Assembly (NCBI GenBank): GCA_963924565.1 | Contig: OZ004614.1 | Location: 18,228,001-18,292,000 of the forward strand | Source of the DNA: Ascidiella aspersa | Taxonomy: Eukaryota | Length of the DNA stretch: 64,000 bases | Reading direction: 5' to 3' | Shown: one piece after another, positions 52,201 to 64,000 of the stretch | How positions within the stretch are numbered: position 1 is the first letter of the stretch | How the letters are laid out: each line of letters opens with the position of its first letter | The notes under the pieces: model-generated | Database searches by the model: none | Told to the model about the DNA's origin: nothing | Seen by the model: the letters and a program-made list of their open reading frames with translations, nothing else | Position numbers and translations under genes: made by a program

Positions 52201-52638
52201 CACACAGTCCCAAATATTCCGTCACTCCAACCAAACTGCCTCCTTTGCCACACACGCTATGAGTCGGATGTCCATCTTTTTCATGAATGCCCACAAATAC
52301 AACCCCTCCTAAATCATGTCAGATACATACACACCGCCTTCACATCCCACCAAACAGATTTCTTCAATCACCACTCCCACATCACATTCACCACACCCCT
52401 TCAAACCCCCTTCCCAAACAACAACCTAATAACCCTTCTCAACACTGTCTTACACCATACTATATGGAAAACCAGAATTAAAAAAGCCATATTAGAAACC
52501 CCTGACCCAAACCCCACTCCGCCGCAAAAACTGATAACATCCTTCAATCAATCAATACGTATGAAATATAGAATCGAACAAGCAAAAACTACTCCAACAT
52601 ATATTGATCTATTCGAAAAGTTAATCACTTTACTATAA
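49210..52638 (+). CDS. Family A ORF2: APE endonuclease + RT + CCHC zinc finger (1142 aa from ATG 49210)
   Basis: TLNVAG, QETH, NIYAP, GDFN, RIDRF, SDH, PGPDG, FRPISLLN, LDFKKAFD, GVRQGDPLS, YADD, CLLC-x8-H-x4-C. Confidence 0.96.
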   Translation: MPAYLKVITLNVAGIHNPRRRLAIFELLKSTRADIILLQETHSTPQDEATWAHEWTPGPALFNSAPSGGSASKGVAILFNSPTFTPTNVFSDLTGRTLSCDITNLDPTIHITNIYAPSGNRTANTKFFENLYPYLTSPNPIVFAGDFNSVLQPHLDIYPPKSARHINKSLATLIATIQLIDPYRTANPDTQIFTRRQTNTQSRIDRFYISSDIIATNYSVTPFSLSDHDQVLITINIPIRPPTGHGLWRNNIQTLKHQDFKTKLQVKLHWLTTLKHDFDPLSFWTLIKERAATLHKIVHKENNITNSREITQKHLDLAKLREEMNPNNYQQTLVKFQNLKRELNKHYISKARYDLLKAKANLIENKNLSTKTLYKLVLPKKHSSHIKELLDENSLPYDTPVELCNIAKKFYGELYAPSPPTYHHLNHFTDNHIPIPDQLNTALTQPITLIEIRQAIKAFPSGKTPGPDGLTIEFYNECWDLIGPHLLPALNHAYFSPSLPPTFVEGAIILIPKTTDANTLSNFRPISLLNTDLKILNKILNTRIKPHLKHFISPNQHAQTNKNTSTASNLLRDLYHFSSQSDTHSFFISLDFKKAFDSITHTWLSHSLISRNFPPCFVNYLTATQTSASSQILINGHPSQPVAIRRGVRQGDPLSLTLFLIALDPLLQSIQNNPSIAPSPAPIRNPPKFIAYADDVTLTLAHHQSLPALFDTLSKFHDTSGLSRNPLKTKATYNRSLPPPFLNIPTINWNPLAIFPLNIPIGDPTQITQAWNTAYTEFVNKTSLIKHPFLTFDTKSILSKTLLLPHFSQLAHVYSPPDRIKNKINKKMCQFITGPRNPTIPLDKLAASRPHGGYSIANIPLYSDLFLIRQVGAYLRHRLADTPSDTQTQIIEHQLGIPLARKYELRFKNTLPHTIFPSPHYKQIWNIILKYNPTLTEIISPKIKPLYLRLTTPHQYLHPTNQNRNPPNWPLIHHSMLPSYLKTFNYKLASNAIPVKCHTVPNIPSLQPNCLLCHTRYESDVHLFHECPQIQPLLNHVRYIHTAFTSHQTDFFNHHSHITFTTPLQTPFPNNNLITLLNTVLHHTIWKTRIKKAILETPDPNPTPPQKLITSFNQSIRMKYRIEQAKTTPTYIDLFEKLITLL

Positions 52639-53213
52639 ACCAAGCTAGATCACTCTCACCCCACACCCTCCACCCTAGTTCCCGCCCGACTCCCTTTCTG
52701 TCCATTATTGTTTTCATTTCTTAACTTCTAATCTACCAATACAGAGAAACCAACGATTTCAGAGAGGTAAAAGTAACCATCGCCGCCATTTTGTTTTTAG
52801 AGACGCCATTTTGTTTTTCCGACGGCCATTTTGTTTTGTGATTAAGGCCCTTTTTAACTGAAATTGACAATTTCAAAGTGTGTCCCTACCCTCTGCAACC
52901 ACAAAAGCATATCCTCGAAAGAGGGGAGCAAGAAATAAACCCAGAAATATCTTTTTTCCTACTCGTTGTTGTTTTTCCTTTTCCTTTCGTGCCAACATGC
53001 ATACTCCCCTTGTAGGAGGAGTAAAGGCCTCTTATTTGTTTTTATTTTAGTTTTGTCACTGCTTAACGGTTTACACATCCCCTGCAGTCATGACACCAGC
53101 GTGCTGCACCCAGTTTCCCCTGTTATTTTTCGCCATACTTTTCGCCGTCCGCTACCAAAATTACACACTGCTCGTTGTTCACATCCGAAACGAATATCAA
53201 TAAATAACCAATA

Positions 53214-53291
53214 AGGGCAATGATGAGCCCAAACCAAAGGGGGGCCCTAGCAAATTGCTAGCCCCAAAAACCCTGAGGTCACTGAGCCCTC
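53214..53291 (+). ncRNA. Box C/D kink-turn-like module at the family A 3' end (A2)
   Basis: Identical to 42532-42609. Confidence 0.7.
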
Positions 53292-53300
53292 AAAAAAAAG

Positions 53301-53342
<42 letters not shown>

Positions 53343-53352
53343 AATCGTCAAA

Positions 53353-53955
53353 ATGTCAGGAGGCGCAGGAGATAGCAGCAAGCCGAAAGCCAAGAAGGCA
53401 TCGCCGACCCAGGCGACTCATCCCACCTACCAGGTGATGGTCACCGCCGCCATTACACAGCTTAAAGAAAGAAACGGCTCGTCCCGACAGAAGATTGTCA
53501 AGTACGTCAAGGACAACTACAAGGTCAGCGACAACTTCAACGTACCCTTAAAAACCTGCATCAGGCGCCTTATCAAAAGTGGGCAGCTCGTGCAGGTCAA
53601 GGGAACTGGTGCTTCGGGCTCTTTCAAGCTCGCCAAGACCGACAAGAAGCCGGTCAAAAAAGAGGCCAAAAAGAAGCCAGTTGCCGCCAAAAAGCCGGCA
53701 GCCAAGAAAGCCGTCGCGGCTAAAAAGCCAGCTTCCGCCTCGGCTAAGAAGACCACCGCCAAAAAGGCCGCCGCCGCCGCGAAAAAACCCGCCGCAAAGA
53801 AGTCGCCCAAAAAGCCGGCTGCCAAAAAAGCGCCGGCAAAGAAATCGACGACGGCCAAAAAGCCGTCGCCCAAAAAGGCGGTCAAGGCAAAGAAGCCAGC
53901 AGCAAAGAAGCAGGCCAAGAAGCCAGCTGCCAAAAAGGCTGCCACTAAAAAGTAA
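53353..53955 (+). CDS. H1: Histone H1 (200 aa), separated from its promoter by A2
   Basis: Intact CDS with stem-loop. Confidence 0.93.
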   Translation: MSGGAGDSSKPKAKKASPTQATHPTYQVMVTAAITQLKERNGSSRQKIVKYVKDNYKVSDNFNVPLKTCIRRLIKSGQLVQVKGTGASGSFKLAKTDKKPVKKEAKKKPVAAKKPAAKKAVAAKKPASASAKKTTAKKAAAAAKKPAAKKSPKKPAAKKAPAKKSTTAKKPSPKKAVKAKKPAAKKQAKKPAAKKAATKK

Positions 53956-54558
53956 GCCCCCCCCAATGATGAGCCGCACGCCTCCCCAATACGGCCGTGG
54001 CAAACACAAAAAACGGCTCTTTTCAGAGCCACCTTTTACTCACAAAAGAGATATTTTGAAGCAAGCCGTCGACGCTTGCCTAGAGCATACCGTTAGATAT
54101 AGGACTTGCGCTTTTGAGATAATTATCGCTACAAACAACAAACGAAAGAAATTTGCCTCCACTTAAGACGCGGGTCAATTTCAAAGCGTGCTTTTACGCT
54201 TGCCACCGGTATCCAATAGCGCCCGAACGAATTTTCCTGTTAGGTCTTCTTGTGTCAAGTGTTCAAGCAAAGAAGTTTCTGTTCAAGCCCTCTACAGTGA
54301 CCGCTTGTAAAGCTGACTTGTTTTTCAACACTTCAACATTAGGACCGCTGGAACCTTTTTTGTGTATTTGCCAACAGCAAGTTGATTGACTCGAAGACTG
54401 AAGTCTGTATTTGACGTTGTGAAGCTTTTCTGCCGAATCAACAACCGCCGTGACTGAATCGCGGCAATCTGTTACTTGAGTATTTGTTTCTTTTCAACAA
54501 TAATTGGCGTTTTGTCAGCCATCCTAGGTCCAGCTACAACTGCTACTTTACTTCCATC

Positions 54559-56055
54559 ATGACCACCATTGAGCAAAACCAAGACATTAACGTCCAAGTT
54601 GATGAAATGGCCGACGTCAAAACTCAGTTTGCGCCGGCCCGCACTAGACCGGCCCTTTATGCTGTTTTGCAACAAATTCATTTCGACTTTAAAACAAAAC
54701 TGGAAGGTCTTATTCAACACCCAAATGGTAGAGTCACCTTCTCGTGTGACACCAGGGAATCTGCCCTGCAACTAGCCCAAAGTCTCAAAATTGCTGGAGT
54801 CTGCCAGTACGCTGAAGCGTATGATCCAGACAAAACAAAGGTTAGATTGTCATATACTCCCACCCGTATGCGGGACAGCACTATTCAAAGGATTTTTAAT
54901 TTGAAATTTGCTACATGCTACCGTGTTTATGCATGTCGTGACAGTTTTGGCTTTAGAAATGGTAAGCGCGAGCTTACAATAAAACAATCGGAATTACTGA
55001 AGAATCCAATTCCAAAAGAAATACAAATAGGGAAATTTAAGATAGCTGTGTTTTATGAAGGACAACCTGAGTCTTGTAACTATTGCAAAACGTTTGGACA
55101 TAATATCAAAGACTGTGAAATCCTGTTAAAGAAGAAAGAAATAGCCAATTTTCAAGCCAACCGCCCTGCCATGCAGCACTCTCGAGCCTCGACAGCAGCC
55201 TGGTCAAGACCACCGGCCTTCACACTGGGAAATTTTCCACTAGCAAGTGGGAACATGCCATCAACCAGTAGCGTTTTCCTTCCAGGGAAAATGCCATCTA
55301 GCTCTAGCACCCCAAAAATTGTTAAAACTGGGTCACGAAACATCATTACAGTGGATAAAGAAAATGATTTGCTCCAAGGCGACCTAAACATTGATCAGAA
55401 CAGCCTCATAATAGAACCACCTAACAACCAACCCACCCAACACGATCAGAGCTCAGTTAAAAATGACAATACAGAAAAGCAGAATGATCCAGAAGAATTA
55501 GAGGTTGTAGAAATGGAAAAGGATGAAGAAAAACATGAGGTGCATCATAAAGATAATGTAGAAAGCGAAGATAACGATCACAGCCATGAAGAGGTAGAAA
55601 AACAAGGTGAAAATATCAATAACGAAGACAATTGTGCAAACAACAATCACAGTGACAATATTAATCATGAGAATAACAGTGAGCACAGTGCAAACAATAT
55701 GCACAGTGACAATGACAATACCAACAATGGAGACAACAGTGACAACAGTGATCACAGTGACAGCATCCCACCAAGCAAAAGCAATAATTCAAAAAACTCA
55801 AGCACCAAGAAGGATCCCCCGCTAACACCGGAACAAAACCTAGAGGTATTACTAAAAAGACACCGTTCTAGTTCTTCCGAAGAAACCCCACTAAAGAAAA
55901 ACCCTAAGCAAGATGCCCCAATGTTAATATGCGGCACCTGCTACATTCCAGCAAACGGAGAAATTGCGGCCTGTGAGTGCACGCCAGCAATTCTTATCCC
56001 ACTACTTGAGATTTTGCAGCGACACCCTGGCATCCGTCTGGACAACACTTTTTAA
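54559..56055 (+). CDS. Family B ORF1 (CCHC knuckle)
   Basis: First ATG at 54559. Homologous to family A ORF1 (QFAPARTRPALY / QFTPAHSRPAIY; CNYCKTFGHNIKDC); C-terminal CGTC-x10-CEC. Confidence 0.88.
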   Translation: MTTIEQNQDINVQVDEMADVKTQFAPARTRPALYAVLQQIHFDFKTKLEGLIQHPNGRVTFSCDTRESALQLAQSLKIAGVCQYAEAYDPDKTKVRLSYTPTRMRDSTIQRIFNLKFATCYRVYACRDSFGFRNGKRELTIKQSELLKNPIPKEIQIGKFKIAVFYEGQPESCNYCKTFGHNIKDCEILLKKKEIANFQANRPAMQHSRASTAAWSRPPAFTLGNFPLASGNMPSTSSVFLPGKMPSSSSTPKIVKTGSRNIITVDKENDLLQGDLNIDQNSLIIEPPNNQPTQHDQSSVKNDNTEKQNDPEELEVVEMEKDEEKHEVHHKDNVESEDNDHSHEEVEKQGENINNEDNCANNNHSDNINHENNSEHSANNMHSDNDNTNNGDNSDNSDHSDSIPPSKSNNSKNSSTKKDPPLTPEQNLEVLLKRHRSSSSEETPLKKNPKQDAPMLICGTCYIPANGEIAACECTPAILIPLLEILQRHPGIRLDNTF

Positions 56056-56116
56056 TTCGTGAAAAATAGGTCTTTTTAAGCGTTATTTTGCACACTATTT
56101 CTGAAAATCCCAGTCA

Positions 56117-59100
56117 ATGACTACTTACCTCAGTGTTGTCACACTGAACGTCGCCGGTCTACGTGACCGGCACAAACGTTCAGTCGTTTTTAACCTGTTA
56201 AAAAATACAAAATTCGATATTTTCATGTTACAGGAGACCCACTCTACCCCCCAGACTGAGTCAGTCTGGGCGCAAGAATGGGCCTCCGGCCATGCAATTT
56301 TTAACTCTGCCCCCCATGGAGGAAGCTACTCCAGAGGCGTTGCAATTCTCTTTAATTTTTACCACCCTTCCCCAAAAAACATATTTTCGGATTTAACCGG
56401 CCAAACGATTTCTTGTGACCTCCCTACCCTTACACACACCCTTCACTTAGTCAACATCTACGCCCCGTCTGGAAAACAGAAAGTAATACAAAATAGAAAT
56501 TTCTTTAACAACCTGTACTCATACTTGTCCTCCCCGTACCCCATAATGCTAGGTGGCGACTTTAACTGTGTCCTACAGCCAGACTTGGATAAATTCCCCA
56601 CCAAACAACATACCACACGTAATCACACCCTTGTAAACCTAACTCAAACGTTTGACCTGAAAGACAGCTACAGAATAACCAACCCTTTCACCAAAACCTA
56701 TACCCGCAGATCCCACAATACACAATCCCGACTCGACAGATTTTACATCTCCCCAAAAATTAACCCCCAAAACCACATTTTCACTCCTGTACCCTTTTCC
56801 GACCATGACATGTTCACCATTTTACTTGATATCCCCCTCTCCCCTCCCAGAGGATATGGCCTCTGGAAGAACAACAATACCACGCTCACAAACTCCAAAT
56901 TTAAATCCACTCTGGCACAAAAATACAAAAAATGGGAAACATTAAAACCCGATTACGACCCTCTTAATTTCTGGATTTTGGTAAAAGGAAAAATTGCCCT
57001 ACTCCACAAAAGAATTTATAAGAGCATAAGCTGCAATAAAAACCAGGAACTAGCCCGCAAACATTCGGAACTTTCTAAATTAAGAGAACAAATGAATTCT
57101 CATAACTTCCCGCAATCCTTTGCCAATTTCCAGAAATTAAAAAAGGAACTCAACCAATATTACACGCAGAAATCAAGAGAAGACCTCCTAAAGGCAAAAG
57201 CCAACGACATCGAAACACGGAACTACTCGGACAAAACCTTATACAAACATGTTTTACAAAAAAGAAAGCAAACACACATAACAGAAATTCTAGACGAATA
57301 TCATCTCCCTCATACAACCCCAACCGAACTTTGTAACTTAACCCACCAATATTACCAAGATTTGTATAGCCCCAGCCCTTCCCCACAAATTACATCTGAC
57401 CCCTTTGACTTTAACCATTCGAGCATACCAGACAAACTAAATCACATCTTAACCCTCCCCATACAACAACACGAAGTAAAATCAATTTTAAAAACATTTC
57501 AAACCTGCAAAACCCCCGGGCCCGATGGACTCAGCATTGAGTTCTACACCCAATGCTGGGAACAGATCGGCCCTGATCTCACCAAAGCCCTAAATACGGC
57601 CTATTTTTCAAACCGTTTACCTCCCGAGTTCACAGCCGGTGCTCTGACCTTAATACCCAAAACTGACAACGCCAACAATCTAAACAACTACCGCCCCATA
57701 TCATTGTTAAACACCGACCTAAAAATACTGGATAAAATTCTCAATTCCCGCATAAAACCCCACCTACATCATTTTATCTCCCCCAACCAACACGCCCAAC
57801 CAGGAAAAACAACCGCATCGGCGGCAATTCTCCTGCGCGACCTGCACCAACACGCCACCCAACAACCTCCCCCGTCATACTTCATAGCATTAGACTTCAA
57901 GAAAGCATTCGACTCGATTAGCTACCCCTGGATCCTCCATACTCTAAACAAAAGAAATTTTCCCCACAGCTTTATAAACTACATAAATGCATGCCAGGAC
58001 TCAGCAAATTCCAAAGTTTTAGTCAATGGTCACCCCACGGAAAACTTCGCAATCGGAAGAGGGGTGAGGCAGGGAGACCCCCTTAGCCTCACGCTTTTCC
58101 TGATCGCCCTGGACCCTCTCTTAAAAAACATTTCTGAAAACCCACAGATAACCCCATCCCCTTCCCCCGCCCGAATTTCACCGAAATTTATTGCTTACGC
58201 TGACGATATAACTCTAACTATTTCAAAGACAAGCTCCCTCCCACCTCTTTTTGACACGTTAAAACTTTTCGAACTAATATCCGGTCTGTCCCTAAACCCT
58301 AACAAAACTAAAGCCACCTTTACCCAAAATCCCCCACCACCCATTGAATCCCTTCCAATGATAACCTGGAACCCCCTCGGCATCTCCCCTTTAAACATTC
58401 CTATTGGCAACCCAAATCAAATTAAAAACCTTTGGCAAGAAGCATACGAAAAATTCAAGCACAAAATAACCCAACTCGCCCGCCCCTCTCTGACCCTGGA
58501 TTTTAAAGCAGTAATAACCAAAACTCTCCTACTCCCAAACTTTTCTTACCTGGCCAACGTCTACCCAATCCCCAACACCCTTCGACAAAAAATAAATAAT
58601 CAGATAACACGTTTTATTGCAGGCCCCCGTGCACCCATGCTCCCTATTGAAACACTCGCGGCCGCGCGCTTAAATGGAGGTTACGCGGTTGCCAACATTC
58701 CCCTCTACACAGATCTATACTTAACCAGACAGATAGGAGAGTACATCACACACCGCTTGACAGATACCCCATCGAACATACAACTTCAAATAATCGAATA
58801 CAACATTGGCATACAACTCTCAAACATGTATAATTTGCGACTTAGGAACACCTTACCTCACACACCCTTCCCATCCCCACATTATAAAAGAATCCTGGAA
58901 AGATTACGAAAATACACCCCAACAGAAACAGAAATATCGTGTCCAAAAATCCGCCCTTTATACTTACGTCTCACCACCCCACACCGATACAGTCACCCAC
59001 GCCCTAATGACAACCCCCCAAACTGGAACTTAGTACATCACAAAATGCTCCCATCATACCTGCGCAGCTTTAACTTCAAACTAGCCCACAACATTCTCCC

Positions 59101-59542
59101 GGTAAAATCCACACATATACCCAATAACCCAGCCTTGGACCCAAACTGTTATCTTTGCCATTCTAGGTACGAGACCAATATTCATTTATTTCACGACTGC
59201 CAGCAGATCGAACCCCTTAAAACCCACGTGAAGCATTTATATACCCAGATAACAGGAGACGCAACAACCTTTTTCGACCAATCCCCTCATATTACCTTTG
59301 TCACCCCACCCCAAACCCCACTACCCAACAACGACTTAATCACCATCCTCAACACAGTTTTACACCACACAATTTGGAAAATACGAATCAAAAAAGCAAT
59401 AGATCAAACCCCGGCCCCATTCCCCACCCGAGCCTTAATCACCTTCTTCAACAGGTCAATAAAAATTCGCCATAAAATTGAAAACGCACGAGAAAACCCA
59501 CAACATATATTAATGTACCAAAAAATAGTAAAACTTATATAA
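56117..59542 (+). CDS. Family B ORF2: APE + RT + CCHC zinc finger (1141 aa)
   Basis: All catalytic motifs intact (QETH, GDFN, SDH, YADD); colinear with family A ORF2. Confidence 0.96.
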   Translation: MTTYLSVVTLNVAGLRDRHKRSVVFNLLKNTKFDIFMLQETHSTPQTESVWAQEWASGHAIFNSAPHGGSYSRGVAILFNFYHPSPKNIFSDLTGQTISCDLPTLTHTLHLVNIYAPSGKQKVIQNRNFFNNLYSYLSSPYPIMLGGDFNCVLQPDLDKFPTKQHTTRNHTLVNLTQTFDLKDSYRITNPFTKTYTRRSHNTQSRLDRFYISPKINPQNHIFTPVPFSDHDMFTILLDIPLSPPRGYGLWKNNNTTLTNSKFKSTLAQKYKKWETLKPDYDPLNFWILVKGKIALLHKRIYKSISCNKNQELARKHSELSKLREQMNSHNFPQSFANFQKLKKELNQYYTQKSREDLLKAKANDIETRNYSDKTLYKHVLQKRKQTHITEILDEYHLPHTTPTELCNLTHQYYQDLYSPSPSPQITSDPFDFNHSSIPDKLNHILTLPIQQHEVKSILKTFQTCKTPGPDGLSIEFYTQCWEQIGPDLTKALNTAYFSNRLPPEFTAGALTLIPKTDNANNLNNYRPISLLNTDLKILDKILNSRIKPHLHHFISPNQHAQPGKTTASAAILLRDLHQHATQQPPPSYFIALDFKKAFDSISYPWILHTLNKRNFPHSFINYINACQDSANSKVLVNGHPTENFAIGRGVRQGDPLSLTLFLIALDPLLKNISENPQITPSPSPARISPKFIAYADDITLTISKTSSLPPLFDTLKLFELISGLSLNPNKTKATFTQNPPPPIESLPMITWNPLGISPLNIPIGNPNQIKNLWQEAYEKFKHKITQLARPSLTLDFKAVITKTLLLPNFSYLANVYPIPNTLRQKINNQITRFIAGPRAPMLPIETLAAARLNGGYAVANIPLYTDLYLTRQIGEYITHRLTDTPSNIQLQIIEYNIGIQLSNMYNLRLRNTLPHTPFPSPHYKRILERLRKYTPTETEISCPKIRPLYLRLTTPHRYSHPRPNDNPPNWNLVHHKMLPSYLRSFNFKLAHNILPVKSTHIPNNPALDPNCYLCHSRYETNIHLFHDCQQIEPLKTHVKHLYTQITGDATTFFDQSPHITFVTPPQTPLPNNDLITILNTVLHHTIWKIRIKKAIDQTPAPFPTRALITFFNRSIKIRHKIENARENPQHILMYQKIVKLI

Positions 59543-59783
59543 TATAACCTACCACATTCCCTTTCCCACCCCTTTTCCTCCCACCAAGACCAGCCGTGGT
59601 TTCGGACCCATTTCGCAGCTAGGTGCCCCTGCTGCCCATACGTGTTTGACTGTATAAGTGCGCCCAAATTCTGTCATATTGTTTTATTTGTATTCGCCTG
59701 CGATACGCACCTGTGTTTTTTGTACGCCAACGTTCGTTTATTTTTCGTTTCGTTCGCAAAATACAATACAATAAAAGAATAAA

Positions 59784-59850
59784 AGGGCAATGATGCTCCC
59801 CTACCCCGGGAGGTGTCATATTGGCACCACAAAACCCCCGAGGGTCCTGA

Positions 59851-59856
<6 letters not shown>
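59784..59856 (+). ncRNA. Box C/D kink-turn-like module at the family B 3' end
   Basis: AGGGC-A-ATGATGC ... CTGA-GCCCT directly before poly(A). Confidence 0.65.
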
Positions 59857-59914
<58 letters not shown>

Positions 59915-59992
59915 GTGGTGACGTCAAATGCGAGAGTACACAGCGTATAAAAGGCGGTGCTAAGAGAGAGATTTCACAGTTCGAATTTTTAA

Positions 59993-60322
<330 letters not shown>

Positions 60323-60669
60323 AATGTCCGAAACCTAAAAAACATCACCGGCCCTTTTCAGGGCCACCCAAAAATGCTAAAAGAGATATTTTGTTAAATG
60401 CTAAAGCTATGTGTGTGTGTGTGTGTGTCTTGCTGCCCCAGTCGTTTAGTCCAGTACGGTTAGAAGGCATTTTGGCGAAAAAGAACGAGGCTCGAAAGGC
60501 CTGATAAGTCTCATGTCACATTATGCCGAAAGGCGCAAATCTCTCGGCCGGCGAGAAGAACGATTATTGGACGAGAGAATGTTTTTTTTCCCTCGTCCAA
60601 TCAGCTAACGTACTTTCGGGTATATAAGGTCGGTCGAAAGCGTTGCAAATCATTTCTAACGATATCTAG

Positions 60670-61104
<435 letters not shown>

Positions 61105-61599
61105 GTCCGTGCAAACGCCGAACATCAACAACACAACGGCTCTTTTCAGAGCCACCTATTGTTTTGAAAAGAGATTTTAAACTCCGGTAAAGCGTTCGAC
61201 TGCTAAGCGTAAGCCACCGACCCGACTCGCAACGGGTGGTATCACGCGGACGCGTAGGGGGATCTACTAGGCCGTCTGGTCCGAAATGATGCCAGAGTGG
61301 CAGATTGGGGTTGCCTTTTGGCTTTTGGCGTTAACGGCCCTCGAAATACTTTATGCCCTGGCAAGTAAGCCAGCATCTCGGTTTGACACATGCGTCCTTT
61401 TAGCGAGTTTTTCGTTCGTCGCTCGAAGGTTTGTTATTTGCCAAGTAAAATCCTGCTCACTAACGAACTAGGGGGGTACATTTCAAGGTAGAGGCAGGTA
61501 CTATAACTAGCAGTAAGTTTAAGCAAGCCAAATGGTTCTCTTTCAAACTGTAGGGTGGCTCTGAAAAGAGCCGTTTTTTGGTGTGAAGCAGTTGTTGCT

Positions 61600-62160
<561 letters not shown>

Positions 62161-62252
62161 TCATTTGCATCTCTTCCGATCTATAAGCGACGAGAGTGGA
62201 AAAACACGCCACACTCTTCGTCGTCGAAAGCACTGAAGAACCTCCTGTCAAA

Positions 62253-62612
62253 ATGGCTGCAAGCAAAGGCACCAAAAAGGCTGTCAAGAAGCACAACACC
62301 AGCGATAACAAAAAGAAGCGCCGACACAAGCGCAAGGAATCTTTCAGCATCTACATTTACAAGGTGCTGAAGCAGGTCCACCCTGACACCGGCATATCGA
62401 GCAAGGCGATGAGCATCATGAACTCGTTCGTGAACGACATCTTCGAGCGTATTGCCAGCGAGAGCTCGCGCCTTGCCCACTACAACAAGCGCTCAACAAT
62501 CAGCAGTCGGGAAATCCAGACCGCTGTTCGTCTGCTTTTGCCTGGCGAGTTGGCCAAGCACGCCGTTTCCGAGGGCACCAAGGCCGTCACCAAATACACC
62601 AGCTCCAAGTAA
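62253..62612 (+). CDS. H2B: Histone H2B
   Basis: Canonical ORF. Confidence 0.99.
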   Translation: MAASKGTKKAVKKHNTSDNKKKRRHKRKESFSIYIYKVLKQVHPDTGISSKAMSIMNSFVNDIFERIASESSRLAHYNKRSTISSREIQTAVRLLLPGELAKHAVSEGTKAVTKYTSSK

Positions 62613-63709
62613 ATTTCGGTTTGCTTGTCAGCTGAACCAAAAAACGGCTCTTTTCAGAGCCACCCATAACTTTGAAAGAGACAAACCCGATCGCTTTGCA
62701 AAAGGCTGCATTTTGTGTGTTTTGCTAATCGTATTGTTGCTCTTTTCATTCCCACATTAGTCAACGAGCGATTGATTTACTGTAAGTTCGAAATAGGTGG
62801 AATCGAGCCCAAACTGAGAAAAGTTGGGCCCGAAAGCTTTCAAGTGCTAAACTATTTTCTAACTAAAATTATATTTCAAAAAAAACAAAACAAAAAAACA
62901 ATGACGTTCTGGCACTTGTTGAGAAATGTAGGTAGGGTAGGGTAGGATGGAGAGGCTAGCAGAAACAACGGGTCGGACCGGCGAAGGAGGCAGGCGGTCG
63001 GTCGGTGGAAAACGAAAAGAAACAGTTGGTGTTGTGCGGCCCCGAGACAGCCTTAGCTAGGCGGGCAGCACGTTACGTTAGTCAATTAGGAAAAAACAGA
63101 AAAGCTGATTTTGCAATTTGCCAACAGGCAGGCAGGCAAACACATTATTGAGAATGAGTTTTGTTTCTTTTCGGTGGTTCAGTTTCGGCAGTCTCAGTTA
63201 AGGGCTTGTTGCCTGGCTCGAACAGCAGCAAAAACTGTTCTAAAGGCGGTCCCTTGGCTGACTGCCTGTGCTTAGGCGACAAATCGCAGGGCTTTAATTT
63301 TTCGTGTACACGGTCTCGGTGTGACCCAGCCTCGAAAGCAATATCACCGGGTAGTCTTGGGAGGCCCAAATCGATCGCGCGTTGGCGTTTTGGCAACTGA
63401 ACACCTCGAAAAGGGCAGTCGTTCAGCTAAAGCCGAACGTTTCGAGCGTTGCTGACGACGGTGTGTCCTACTCAGCGACTTGATAGTCGACGGGTGCGCG
63501 CTACAGGACCTCAGGCGCTGGTAGACAAAATTTGAAGCGCCACCTCGGTCGGGCAGCCAGGCAAGCGAGCCTCTTGCTAAAATCAAAAGCACACCAAAGT
63601 GCAAGCAGTCGGCAGCAAACCTTTTCGGCATTTCACCGATTTCGCTTTGGTACGCAAACCACGTACAAATGGCCAGCGTGTGCTGTGTCGTCATAAATCC
63701 TTTATTGTT

Positions 63710-64000
63710 TCTTCGTTGTCGAAGAGAAGTTGATTGAATTAGCAAGCAAATTGCCATTTAGAAGGGATTGTCTATCCCTGGGATTGTCTATCCCTGCGCT
63801 TAAGCTTTGCTTGACAACCAGACAACTGAACATATTTATACTGTCAGACAGTCGCAAATTACATCTGCGACTTATTTTGCTGCTACCAAGTCGGGTAGTG
63901 GAAAGTTAGTTCTGCGTAAAGACGCAACTTGGATTACTCTCGCCATCTGCAACCAACTTGGAATTGGATTAGCGCGGCTGCGCCATCAACCCTGCAACCA
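63710..64000 (+). mobile_element. Family A retrotransposon, copy A3 (5' end; runs off the window)
   Basis: Same 5' junction and 5'UTR as A1 and A2. Confidence 0.93.

Larger units (their letters stand above)
47363..53340 (+). mobile_element. Family A retrotransposon, copy A2 (both ORFs intact), same H1 5'UTR site
   Basis: Same 5' and 3' junctions as A1; poly(A) 53292-53340. Confidence 0.96.
54230..59911 (+). mobile_element. Family B L1/Tx1-like retrotransposon (full-length, intact) inserted in the H4 promoter
   Basis: Empty site GCCCGAACGTGGTGACGTCA. Here GCCCGAACG|element...poly(A) 59857-59913|CGTGGTGACGTCA, consistent with an AACG (2-4 bp) TSD. Confidence 0.95.

Overview
Animal (probably invertebrate chordate or other marine invertebrate; not determinable here) genomic DNA with four parts. 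(1) 1-2081: a heterogeneous ~184-bp tandem array of 5S rRNA-like units on the minus strand. (2) ~2460-14330: two different L1/Tx1-type (ORF1 zinc knuckle + APE-RT ORF2) non-LTR retrotransposons head-to-tail on the minus strand; one is decayed, the other has an intact ORF2. (3) ~14.4-17.1 kb: unique AT-rich DNA with one CACTG-type DNA-transposon end. (4) 17105-64000: a tandem array of a 4,713-bp replication-dependent histone quintet (H1+, H4+, H3+, H2A-, H2B+) with stem-loops and HDEs, a 200-N gap and one nonsense H3. From 36.7 kb the array is invaded by two related, young, full-length L1/Tx1-like families that insert in sense orientation just upstream of histone CDSs without breaking them. Family A sits at an identical site in the H1 5'UTR (3 copies). 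Family B sits in the H4 promoter (1 copy, AACG target-site duplication). Families A and B, and the more distant decayed element at 2.5-7.5 kb, all end just before poly(A) in a box C/D snoRNA-like kink-turn module (terminal stem + AUGAUGA ... CUGA) whose internal hairpins differ in sequence but keep their pairing. The best candidate new system is therefore histone-locus-targeting retrotransposons carrying a 3' C/D-box RNA module. Main caveat: the three family-A copies may come from one insertion amplified with the array.
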